Part shown: one piece after another, positions 8,664-18,615 of the stretch
How the letters are laid out: each line of letters starts with the position of its first letter
Position numbering within the stretch: position 1 is the stretch's first letter
Origin: an uncultured bacterium
Lineage (GTDB): Bacteria; Pseudomonadota; Alphaproteobacteria; CAJXXZ01; 1604HC
NCBI GenBank assembly: GCA_913063285.1
Contig: CAJXXZ010000003.1
Coordinates: 2,317-66,316 of the forward strand
Reading direction: 5' to 3'
DNA length: 64,000 nt
Notes under the pieces: model-generated
What the model was told of the DNA's origin: nothing
Databases searched by the model: none
Seen by the model: the letters and a program-made list of their open reading frames with translations, nothing else
Made by a program: the position numbers and the translations under genes

Positions 8664-11012
8664 TTACCTAATTACACAATTTAAATCTTTAAGTTTTGAT
8701 TGTACCTTGAGATATAAATTATCAATTTGTTTTGTAGTTAATGTTTTTTGCAATGCATGCCATGTGATGCGAAATCCAATATTTCTTTCATTTATCAAAA
8801 GGCTTGGATACACATCAAACACTGAAAATGATACATTTGGTGGTAATAATTCTTTTACCTCAAGTATTGCTTGTGAAGTAGTTAATTCAGATGGCATTTT
8901 TACAGAAATATCACGAGCAATCACCTGTTGCATTGAGTATTTTGCTCTTTTTGCATATGAAATTTGATCAAGTGAAGCCTCCGCCACAAAAATTTTATTA
9001 GTAATATTGTAATGTCTTAAAATTTCATCTGAAATTGTACCAAATGTTGCGATATGTTTTGAGTTATGATGCCAACTACACGCTTGTTCATAATGAAAAT
9101 TTGCTGTATCATTCATATTCAAATCATGAAAAAATTCATTTAAAAAACTCTCAAAATTACTTTTATATCTTTGAAACTGAGATAAAAATTTTGTATTCCA
9201 GTCATTTGTAATTGGCCAAATAATTGCTAAAGATTGACGCTCATCGTCAATATCATGATATGTCTTTCCAATTTCAAACATACCAAAATAGGGCCAAGAA
9301 TATCTACTATACTCAGCAACACGCTCAAGTAATTGACATAGTAGTGTAGGGCGAAGATAAAGCTGATTTCGATTAAGTGGATTTGCAATACGTAAACATT
9401 CCTTTTGAGGAAAAAATTTGACTGCATCTTGTGACATAAATGCATTATGATATAACTCTAAGAGCTGATGATTTTTCCAATATTCACGAATTTTTTGTGT
9501 CATATCGAACTTATAAGTCGGCGAAAATGTTATACTTATCTCTTTTACCGGTATATTATGAATTTCGTAATGCCGCATGACTTCTTCAATAAGGCATTCT
9601 TCAGTTTTAACATCAGCAACACGCCATGAGGGTACCAAATATTTATCATCAATTTTTTCAAAACCAAGATTTTGTAGTATTTGTGTGATTTTTACATTTG
9701 AAATTTCAACACCAAGCATTTTTCGCAATTTATCATATGAAAGCTCAATTTCTCTTTTTACAGGTACAAATGATTGAGCCGTATAAATCATGTTATCAAT
9801 ACTTTGTGCACCGTTTTCAATTAATAAAGCGGCAGCTTTCAATAATGCATATGATGTCATCATGCCATCAACTTCATGAGAAAAGCGCTTTGATGCTTCC
9901 GTTATACAATTTAATTTTCGATACGTTTTTCGTATTGTATTAGCATCAAAAGTCGCAGCCTCTAATAGAATATTTGTAGTTTTATCATTAACACATCCAA
10001 ATTTTCCACCTATAATACCAGGTAGTGACACAACTTCATTTTCATGCTTCATTACAATCATATTTTCATCAAGGTTATGTGTATTATTTTTTAAATTTGT
10101 ATATTTCTCATTATTTGACATTGTTACTGTAATTGATTTTGTAAGTATTTTACGATCAAATGCATGTAGCGGTTGACCCAAGGCGTGCGCTATATAATTT
10201 GTTACATCTACAGCAAGTGAATGAGGTTTAATACCAACATCTAAAAGTCGTTTTTGTATTTGATATGAGCTTTTGCTATGAGCTAGCTGTAATTCAGTTG
10301 AATATAAACTTGTACATAAATTTGTTTTATTTATAAAATGATGATTGTCGTTTACAAATTTCATGTTTATTTCATTGCGTAATGAATATAAATTTATAGG
10401 TTTAAGTTTACCATATTCAGCAGCCGCTAATTCTCGTGCAATTCCATAAATACTTAACATATCACCGCGATTTGCAGTAATCTCAATTTGATATACATCT
10501 CCATCAAAGTTTAGTATTTGATTTAAATTATCAGTCAATTTTATGGATAAATTACAAAATTTTAAATCAAGAATACCATTTTCAGCTTGTATAAGATTTA
10601 GGCCAAGTTCTTGAGCCGAACATAGCATTCCTTCACTTGCAACACCGCGAATTTTAGAAGCTTTTAATTTTTTCATTGTTTGTGGAATAATTGCACCAAT
10701 TTTTGCAACTGCACACATCATACCTTCATATATATTATTTGCACCACATACTATTAACAGTACTTCATTTGTAGTTTGTACTTCACAAATTTGTAGTGAA
10801 TCAGCGTTCATATGAGAAGATATTTTATTGATACGCCCTATAACAAAATTTTCATAATCATACTTGTGATAGGTATGTTCTATAGGAAATCCAAGAGGTG
10901 ACAAAATATTATTTAATAGGTGCAAATTAGCTTTATTATCATTGGTTAAATTTAATTTTGAATCTGAAAAAAATTCTATGTAATCGCTTAGCCAGCCAAT
11001 TGTAAATTTCAT
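8664..11012 (-). CDS. pheT: Phenylalanine-tRNA ligase beta subunit
   Basis: IVCGANN, IRGVASEGMLCS, ITANRGD and VPSWR...LIEEV motifs; 782 aa. Confidence 0.97.
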   Translation of the reverse strand: MKFTIGWLSDYIEFFSDSKLNLTNDNKANLHLLNNILSPLGFPIEHTYHKYDYENFVIGRINKISSHMNADSLQICEVQTTNEVLLIVCGANNIYEGMMCAVAKIGAIIPQTMKKLKASKIRGVASEGMLCSAQELGLNLIQAENGILDLKFCNLSIKLTDNLNQILNFDGDVYQIEITANRGDMLSIYGIARELAAAEYGKLKPINLYSLRNEINMKFVNDNHHFINKTNLCTSLYSTELQLAHSKSSYQIQKRLLDVGIKPHSLAVDVTNYIAHALGQPLHAFDRKILTKSITVTMSNNEKYTNLKNNTHNLDENMIVMKHENEVVSLPGIIGGKFGCVNDKTTNILLEAATFDANTIRKTYRKLNCITEASKRFSHEVDGMMTSYALLKAAALLIENGAQSIDNMIYTAQSFVPVKREIELSYDKLRKMLGVEISNVKITQILQNLGFEKIDDKYLVPSWRVADVKTEECLIEEVMRHYEIHNIPVKEISITFSPTYKFDMTQKIREYWKNHQLLELYHNAFMSQDAVKFFPQKECLRIANPLNRNQLYLRPTLLCQLLERVAEYSRYSWPYFGMFEIGKTYHDIDDERQSLAIIWPITNDWNTKFLSQFQRYKSNFESFLNEFFHDLNMNDTANFHYEQACSWHHNSKHIATFGTISDEILRHYNITNKIFVAEASLDQISYAKRAKYSMQQVIARDISVKMPSELTTSQAILEVKELLPPNVSFSVFDVYPSLLINERNIGFRITWHALQKTLTTKQIDNLYLKVQSKLKDLNCVIR

Positions 11013-11178
11013 TAATTCTCCTATATTAAATTAATGTATTATTTTAATTTGTCAATTTAAAGTAGTACATCAAATATTTGTTTACTCTTTTTTAATTTTT
11101 ACTTTATATTTATATATTATTCTCTAATAAGAGAAAAAAATTATGTATGAATAAAAAAGCAACTTTTTAAAAGAGCTC

Positions 11179-11228
11179 TTGCAAAAGAAAAAAAATCGTG
11201 CATAATCAATTTGTTACGTTATAGGAGG
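11179..11228 (+). promoter_or_regulatory. Putative sigma70 promoter and strong RBS of the outer-membrane protein gene
   Basis: TTGCAA (11179-11184), 16 nt, CATAAT (11201-11206); AGGAGG at 11223-11228. Confidence 0.55.
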
Positions 11229-11233
11229 TACAA

Positions 11234-12802
11234 ATGACGAACATGTCTAAAAAGGCAATCGTAAGTTCTACTTTGGCTGCAATCACAATGATACATGCAG
11301 ATAGTATGTCACTGCATATTGGTTTCGGTGGATTTACAAGTTTTGTAAATAATAGCTTAAATGTAAAGTTTCCACTAAAAGCAGTCGATATGAATGAGGA
11401 GGAAAAGAAGAAAGCAAGTGCTGATAAAGTTGCAAAGGATAAGCAGATAGAAGAAATACTAAAAAAAATCATAGTTCAAGGTACAAATCTTAATCAAACA
11501 AAGCTTGATGCAAACTATAAACCTGATTCAACAAATGGTAAGCCAATCACAGAGCTGTTTTCAAATATTACTGACAACAAGTTACCTACATCTGGTATAT
11601 TTAGTCCAACTACAGAAATGAGTTTATCTGATGCATTTAATCAAGATAAGACATATGATGCAACTGCAATGGGAATTCAGGCAAATATTCCAGATCTACA
11701 GTCTGTATTAAATGCTATCCATAATGCTCTTAATACTGCAGCCTCTACTACTGATGTAACTGCTGATCCATCAACTGTTAATGAAGTTGTTACTAGATTT
11801 AATAACGCTTTACAAAAAATACAGAATACATCAAACCCAGCAATAAAAGCAGCAGTTAAAGATATTAAAAAAATGGAAAATGTAATGGGATCAGACGAAG
11901 CAACTAAAAATGTTGAAGCTATTGACTTTGCTTTTATATCTACTGGAACAGATAATATAACTCAGCATAATTTTGTTGATACAAAGCAAGAATTTAAAAA
12001 TTATGCATTAACTAATGATCAGAAAGCCGAATTACAAACAGTATTAAAATTACAACAAGAAGTAAAAAATGCGACTTCTTCAAAAAAGCATACATATTTA
12101 ATATCTAGACTAGTAGATAACACAGCAACAGCAGTAAAAGGTCTAGATGCAAATGGACAAGAGACAGCATTAAAAGTTCTAGGTCAAGATTTTTCAGATT
12201 TAAACAAAACTGATACAGCAAATTTTAATATTGAGTTTGAAGGAGCAACACCTGTTATTGGATTCCCATCTGGAATAGTTGGCTTCGCTGATATGTTCTT
12301 TATGAAACTATCAGGCATAAAATGCGGTGTTCGTCTACAGATGTTTGGACAGATCTCTGGACAAAAGAGTAAAGGAGTTGACAAAGATGCTGATACTCAA
12401 AACGAACTATTTTATCTTACAATGGGTAAACAATCATTATTCCTTGGTCCGTGTCTTGCATACACAATTTCTCCTGGATATGATTTATATTTTGGTGTTG
12501 GTGCAGTAGGTCGATTAGTAAGTCTTTCAATGGAGAAAACTAAGAATTCTAGACTTCAAAGTGCAAAATCATTTGACAAGATAGAGGATTCTGTAATGAA
12601 TCTTGGTGGTGGCGGAATGATTGGAATGCGTATTGCTATTTATGGAATACAATTCTTTGGAGAGGTTAATGGAGATTATGGTGCTCTTATTGGTGTAAAT
12701 GACTATGCTCAGCAGGATAAGTTTAACACTACCTTTCAAGAAGCTATTCTAGGAAGTACAGGTGTCAGAGCTGCTTTTGGTGTTTCTTTCCAAGTAATGT
12801 GA
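11234..12802 (+). CDS. Putative major outer-membrane beta-barrel protein with a large helical insert
   Basis: Signal peptide ending IHA-D; one amphipathic strand, then ~300 aa polar/helical, then several Gly/aromatic alternating strands ending GVRAAFGVSFQVM. Confidence 0.65.
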   Translation: MTNMSKKAIVSSTLAAITMIHADSMSLHIGFGGFTSFVNNSLNVKFPLKAVDMNEEEKKKASADKVAKDKQIEEILKKIIVQGTNLNQTKLDANYKPDSTNGKPITELFSNITDNKLPTSGIFSPTTEMSLSDAFNQDKTYDATAMGIQANIPDLQSVLNAIHNALNTAASTTDVTADPSTVNEVVTRFNNALQKIQNTSNPAIKAAVKDIKKMENVMGSDEATKNVEAIDFAFISTGTDNITQHNFVDTKQEFKNYALTNDQKAELQTVLKLQQEVKNATSSKKHTYLISRLVDNTATAVKGLDANGQETALKVLGQDFSDLNKTDTANFNIEFEGATPVIGFPSGIVGFADMFFMKLSGIKCGVRLQMFGQISGQKSKGVDKDADTQNELFYLTMGKQSLFLGPCLAYTISPGYDLYFGVGAVGRLVSLSMEKTKNSRLQSAKSFDKIEDSVMNLGGGGMIGMRIAIYGIQFFGEVNGDYGALIGVNDYAQQDKFNTTFQEAILGSTGVRAAFGVSFQVM

Positions 12803-14151
12803 AAATTTCATAAATTTTTATTATATTGTAAATAAAACATTATCATAAATAATCATGAATATTAATTTCATGAATTTGTCTTAAACTAAATAATTAGAAC
12901 TTAATTTTATTTACTCAAAATTTTAAATTGCTAATTAATTTTTAACCAAACAAATAAGTAAAATCTTAAAAAATAATAAATATTATAAAATTTGTAGTTT
13001 ATGAATCAGAAACTACTATTTCTTAATGATTTTTAAATACATATACCTTTGAAACTAATTTTACCATATATTATATACGATATTATTATAAATCATTTTA
13101 GTTATAACCATGTATATTAATTTATATTAGTGTAATTAAAGTATAAAAAATATAAAAATGAAATTATAAAGTAACATAATTTTACTATAGTACTAAATTT
13201 ATACTTTATAAATTAAGTTGATTTAGATTTTTAGTTAATTAAATCACTACTATATGATAAAGATGATTTAAATCTTTATATAAGCCTTACTTTTTATTAT
13301 AAATCATTATTAGTGTCTAACTCATATAAATAATATTATTTTGATTAATCATAAGAATTATTTGAAAAAAGGAGATAAATTATGTTATAAAAAATAGTAA
13401 TTTTGTAAAAATTTAAGTAATTTATTTTAAAAATAGCATTAAACAAAGTTTTTATACTTATTTTATTATTTTTAAAATCAAAAATATGCTTCTTTTTTTA
13501 GTTTAAATTTCTATATATACTGTATAGATAAATTTTTCACTATAGGTGATTATAATATTAAAATAAATTTATTGCAAAAAATTTTACAATCATTTTGAAA
13601 TATTTTCAAATTGCAAAATAACAGTTTTTAAGAATTCACATTATAAAACAGCTATATATGATTTAAATTCGATATATTTTAGTAAATTTACTCATTCTTA
13701 TTTTATAATTCATTTTAATAGTAATATTTAAATTTTATAAATTACAGTATATTTCCTGTTGTACTTGTATTTTTACTCAAACTACTCATGTAATTAATAA
13801 TATAAATAAAATTATGGTTTTATTTAAATAGTAAAAGTATAATAAAATTCATTAATATAGTAATCATACTATTTCATATATTTTCATTTAAATTATTTGT
13901 AACAGAAACATAAAAGTTATATTTTTAGGTGTTATTAACATACAAAGTTTATCACACTTAAGTGAATAAATAATCTAAAAATAGCAAAACACTAAAAATT
14001 AAATTGATCAAAAGTATTGCTTTATAATAAACTAAACTGATTATAAATAATTTACAGTATTTTTATAAAATTGATATGATCTGCCATATACAAATAATAT
14101 TTACTATTTAGATCAGAAAATATTTATACTTATCAATTTTCATTACTATTT

Positions 14152-14583
14152 TTAATTATTATTTTTACTTGCAATTAATTTTTTACGAGCTTCATCTTGA
14201 TGTTCTTTAAATAAATTTGGATTCCAAATTTGGAATATTGGACCACGTCCCACAAATACTAGCTCTTTTTCTATATGAGCATGCTTTAATAATGATTCGG
14301 AGAGAATTATACGGCCATCTGCATCAAATTGTAGCATATGAGAATCTGCAAAAATACTTGTCATAGGAGGAAGTTCAGATGAAAAGGGATATTCAAAATC
14401 ACATTCTGCACTCATTTTTTCCATTCTACTCATTCCAAAGCAATCTATTGTAGGTAAAGAATAGGACTGAACAGCAACTATTCCAAAAAATGATTCATTA
14501 GATAGAACAGTTCTAAATGCATTAGGCGTGGAGACTCGGTTCTTTCTATCAAGTGTTTTTGGATATTGAGAGAGAAAAACCAT
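14152..14583 (-). CDS. mraZ: Division/cell wall cluster transcriptional repressor MraZ
   Basis: MVFLSQYPKTLDRKNRVSTPNAFR, FDADGRIIL and FVGRGPIFQIWNP motifs; start moved to ATG 14583. Confidence 0.95.
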   Translation of the reverse strand: MVFLSQYPKTLDRKNRVSTPNAFRTVLSNESFFGIVAVQSYSLPTIDCFGMSRMEKMSAECDFEYPFSSELPPMTSIFADSHMLQFDADGRIILSESLLKHAHIEKELVFVGRGPIFQIWNPNLFKEHQDEARKKLIASKNNN

Positions 14584-14593
14584 TACAAGTTTG

Positions 14594-14637
14594 ATAATAT
14601 CATGGAAATTTATGGGATTCAATGGGATATTTTGGTA
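14594..14637 (-). promoter_or_regulatory. mraZ promoter overlapped by four MraZ-box-like direct repeats
   Basis: On the + strand, TGGAA/TGGGA/TGGGA/TGGTA at 14603, 14613, 14623 and 14633 (exact 10-bp period). On the minus strand, TTGAAT-17-TATTAT overlaps them. Confidence 0.7.
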
Positions 14638-14639
14638 CT

Positions 14640-14672
14640 TTATACACAGATTTATACACAGGTTGTGAAAAA
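14640..14672. promoter_or_regulatory. Cluster of three DnaA boxes
   Basis: TTATACACA at 14640-14648 and 14652-14660, and inverted TTTTTCACA at 14664-14672; all fit TTWTNCACA. Confidence 0.6.
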
Positions 14673-14917
14673 GTATTGTATAAAGATAATCACAACTTTA
14701 GTATTTTATGTAATTATTGGTATTAACAAGATAAATTTTATATTAACAGTAGTGTTGTGATCAGTATAAACATAAATATATGATTAATAATAAAAATACT
14801 AAAATGCAAGAAAGAGGAAATTAAATATATATATCTCTGAAGTGAATAAGTGTTAAAAAATTTTTGTTAATTTGACTTTATTATAATATTTCATGTGTAA
14901 ATTTTAAAAATATTCAT

Positions 14918-15825
14918 TTAAGTTTTAGTTTTTGTGTAGTTATATATTGGAGTCAGTTTTTGTATGTCTAAAAAAGCCCTATTAGATTTAAGTAAAAGTT
15001 GTGAATAATGTCTAAAATTCTTAAGAGTAGCAAAATCACTTCTTATTTTATGAATTACATGATCTTTTATGTGATTATTATAAAGAGAATGAGTACGCAA
15101 AGGATCAAAAGAATAAGCATTGAAAAGTGTTTGACTCACATTATTAATATCTTTAAATAATTTTCAATATTTCTTCTTATCAAAATCACTTTCATAAGAA
15201 TGTAAAGCTTGATTTAAAATGACTTCATAAAAGTTGAATATTTTTTCAACCTTCTTTAAAGTAATATTTTGAATAATATCGTAATTGAATATTACATAAC
15301 ATATACTTTAAAAATCAATTCATTTATTAAATAGATTTATATATATATTTTCATTTTAACTTGAATAAAAAGAAGAAATTAATAATTGTTTAAAACAAAG
15401 AGCTATGAATATATATTTTATCATAAAAAGCATATTCATGGTAAATATCTTTAGACAATAATGTCAAGATTTAATAGAATTTGCAGTAGATGAATTAGGA
15501 AAAATACACATTAGCTTTATATAAAGTCTCATATTTATTATAAATGTAATTACTAACTTAGAAAATTAAAATTATTGAGATATACTTACATATTTTTACA
15601 TTATCTTCCTACTCTTTACTATCACTTATATAAGTCTATATCAATTAGAAAGTTATTCAAATTTATATATCATAATAGCTGCTCTTAGATAGTTATATAT
15701 GATTTTATTGATTTAGCATTAATAGTCTTAAAATCATAGTTCGTTATTATAGAATTTTTTGTTAAATTCATCAGAATCAACAACTAGAGTGTAAACAAAT
15801 TACATAATATCAGATTTTTTATCAT
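14918..15825 (-). pseudogene. Decayed secreted-protein gene
   Basis: Starts MIKNLILCNLFTL* (signal-peptide-like) at 15825, followed by coding-like fragments broken by stops, e.g. ...QALHSYESDFDKKKY*KLFKDINNVSQTLFNAYSFDPL...; the 73-aa track ORF is its 3' remnant. Confidence 0.5.
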
Positions 15826-15866
15826 TATATTATTTTATATTTTTTAGCTACCAAGTGCGTCCTTGA

Positions 15867-17753
15867 CTATGTTAATTTAAGCATCCAAACACGATCATCA
15901 GATCTTCTTTTTTGTATAGCATTCGGGTTCTTCTGTATATTCCTATTGAATGTTTTGGGTTTATTTTGAGATTGATTATCGCCTCTTCTTTTAAGTTTAG
16001 TAGGTGCTGCTTCTGCTGCTTTTGCTGCTTCTGCAGCTTGTGCAGCTCTTTCTTTTGCAGCTTCTGCTGCTTTTGCTGCTTCTGCTGCTTTTGCTGCTTC
16101 ACCTCCTGCTCCTTGAGTTGATCTGCCTCCTGCTGTATTTGGCAAACTCTCTTGTGCTGATATATAACCTTCTTCTGATCTTTTTTTGACTTGAGATCGA
16201 TCACCCCTTGATGGTGAATGATCTACTCTAGAAGCTCTTAAATCTCCTTTTGCTGAATCTTGTACTTTAGATGGTGTGCCTGCTGGACTAGCAGCTCTTG
16301 GTTCTGGACCAGTAGCTCCTAGTACTACTTTTGCTTCGGTTTCTGCATCTTTTTCTCCTGTCGCTTCACCTTGTGCTGAAATTGGACTATTATCTCCTTC
16401 TAGAGTTTGTGGAACATTGCTATCTTTTAACTTTTTCAATAAATTCTTTAACTCCTCTGAAATATGATTCAATATTGAAGAATCTGGATTTTCTCTCTTC
16501 AATCTATTTACTTCTTCATTTATAGACATTATTTTTTTTATACTACCTTGTCTCTCAAGCTCGTGAGTAGAATAATAATGTTCATATAGACTTAAAATAC
16601 TTGTACGTAAACACCTAATACTATTCTCAAATAATGATTCTTCAATATGGTTCTTAAGAATCTTTTCCAACTCAATCATTAAGGTGATCATATTAATATG
16701 CTGTTCTGATAATTTTTGATAATCATTTTCATATGCATTGAAAATTTCTTGATTAATATTATTTAGTCTTTGTATGATGACTTCTAATTTACTCTCATTA
16801 TCACCTTCTATAATCTTAAAATACTGAATAAAATTTTGTGGATATTGTTCTAAATAATATTTAAAAATTTTCAGTATATTTTCTACAATTTTTTTATCAT
16901 CCTTTAGTTCTTTCAAATCACTATGCAATATAATATAAGATAAAATTTTCTCTTTTGATAATTCCTTTTCTGCAAAATGATCACTAGCGGACCTTATAAT
17001 TTTCGTTAAAACAGTATTTTCTATATTGGCAATATCTAATAGTTGTTTAACACCAGATAATATAGCTTTTCTTTTACCTAAATCTTTGAAATTTGGATCT
17101 TTATAAAAATTTTCCATTACTTGTTTGATTTCACCAAAATGCTGTATTGATTCTTCTTTTTTCTTTTGTGATTGTGAAGAATCTTTCGTAATTGCTCCTT
17201 TGCCTTTATAATTTTGAAAATTAATACCAGTGGCATCATAGAGATATTGCTCAACTTCTGTATCAGATAAGTCTTCAATGATAAATTTAGCTATAAATTC
17301 ATCTGATTCTAATTCTTCGCTTGTTAATTTGTACTGAACTGATGTTTGAGAATTTGCAATATACTTTGCTAGCTCACTTGTTTGATCAACAAGAATAGGC
17401 ACAATACTTTCTATGAAAAGAACTTCACCATTGTCATCATATTGAGCTAATGGATTTGCTATTTGAGTATCTAAAACAACTTCTATAAAACTGGCATCTT
17501 TTATTGTATCTGATGATGTTTCTTTTAGTAATGTAGAAAGATTTGCTTTATCTTTATCTTCAAGAGTTACCAACATACGAATATGATCTTGATAAGACTC
17601 AGTAAATCCAATAGAACCATGCCTACTCATAGATTTCATCATCAAAGCATCTTCATAAGCTAATGCATCTTGATTATAAAATGTAAAAGAAGGTTGATTA
17701 TTAGCCCTTGTATGAGGACTAAACAATATAAGTACACAGAGTATAATTGACAT
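15867..17753 (-). CDS. Secreted protein, island family member 1 (conserved N-domain, EAAKAA-repeat tail)
   Basis: Signal peptide; LMMKSMSRHGSIGF...IRMLVTL...FIEVVLD...YDDNGEV aligns with the six + strand paralogs; EAAKAA repeats near 16004-16100. Confidence 0.8.
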   Translation of the reverse strand: MSIILCVLILFSPHTRANNQPSFTFYNQDALAYEDALMMKSMSRHGSIGFTESYQDHIRMLVTLEDKDKANLSTLLKETSSDTIKDASFIEVVLDTQIANPLAQYDDNGEVLFIESIVPILVDQTSELAKYIANSQTSVQYKLTSEELESDEFIAKFIIEDLSDTEVEQYLYDATGINFQNYKGKGAITKDSSQSQKKKEESIQHFGEIKQVMENFYKDPNFKDLGKRKAILSGVKQLLDIANIENTVLTKIIRSASDHFAEKELSKEKILSYIILHSDLKELKDDKKIVENILKIFKYYLEQYPQNFIQYFKIIEGDNESKLEVIIQRLNNINQEIFNAYENDYQKLSEQHINMITLMIELEKILKNHIEESLFENSIRCLRTSILSLYEHYYSTHELERQGSIKKIMSINEEVNRLKRENPDSSILNHISEELKNLLKKLKDSNVPQTLEGDNSPISAQGEATGEKDAETEAKVVLGATGPEPRAASPAGTPSKVQDSAKGDLRASRVDHSPSRGDRSQVKKRSEEGYISAQESLPNTAGGRSTQGAGGEAAKAAEAAKAAEAAKERAAQAAEAAKAAEAAPTKLKRRGDNQSQNKPKTFNRNIQKNPNAIQKRRSDDRVWMLKLT

Positions 17754-17816
17754 ATATTTTATATTATACTTAATTTATCTTAAAAATCAATTGATAGCTA
17801 TTTGCATCAACCTAAT

Positions 17817-18419
17817 TTAAGATATCTTATCAGCGTTGAAATTTCCAAGTTTCTCATCTATTTCTAATTCACGCTCTTCGTTTAATACCTCAAATTCCAA
17901 ATTCTCATTTGCTTTTTCTGCTTTTCTCAACTCCCATTCTTTAGCGAAGTTTACAAGTTGACTTATTTTTTTCTGCATATAATTATCAAGCTTCATATAA
18001 TCTTCTTTATATTTCATAATTTTATCAATAATTTTATTTTTTAATTCATTACAAATTTCTTTAATCTGATCTGCAGTATATGAATTTAAAGTTCTTTTTC
18101 TATTTATAAACATTTTTCCTAATTTAAAAACATTATGTTTTATGATTTGTTTATCTTGCCTACTCATTTGTTGAAACATCTTCATAGAAATTCCCACATT
18201 ATTTAATTTACGCTTAAGTCTTCTAAGTTTATCTCTATTACGATTTCTTAGATTTTTTAGATTTTTTAAAGGATTTGAATAGTTATTTTTAAAAGAATTT
18301 TCATTTGATACTACAGAAATTTTTTTTACAGAAGGTTGATTATTTTCTAGTGCATCTTCAGCATTTAATATATAGTTAGAAAAACATAATAAAAAGTAAT
18401 ATTTGATGCTGCTTTTCAA
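17817..18419 (-). CDS. Secreted Lys/Arg-rich helical hypothetical protein
   Basis: AAGGAGG RBS before a TTG start; signal peptide ending ILNA-E; basic helical body. Confidence 0.7.
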   Translation of the reverse strand: MKSSIKYYFLLCFSNYILNAEDALENNQPSVKKISVVSNENSFKNNYSNPLKNLKNLRNRNRDKLRRLKRKLNNVGISMKMFQQMSRQDKQIIKHNVFKLGKMFINRKRTLNSYTADQIKEICNELKNKIIDKIMKYKEDYMKLDNYMQKKISQLVNFAKEWELRKAEKANENLEFEVLNEERELEIDEKLGNFNADKIS

Positions 18420-18615
18420 GTTTACCTCCTTAGTAGAATTAATTCTAGAAATTAAGTATTAATATTTTATTGATAATTTTGAAATATTATCATATATATG
18501 ATGAATTTTATATTTTGTATTCTTTAATAAAGTTTATTAAGTATGTAAAATTAATGAAATTCATAAATTTTATTGATTTTTCATTAAAATTAAGATTCAA
18601 TATATTATATAAATC

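Noticed and set aside
15872..16525. Poly-Leu, Cys/Phe-rich and KQQ ORFs (15872, 15912, 16004, 16276, 16331)
   Set aside because: Alternative-frame or antisense readings of the EAAKAA repeat region of member 1.
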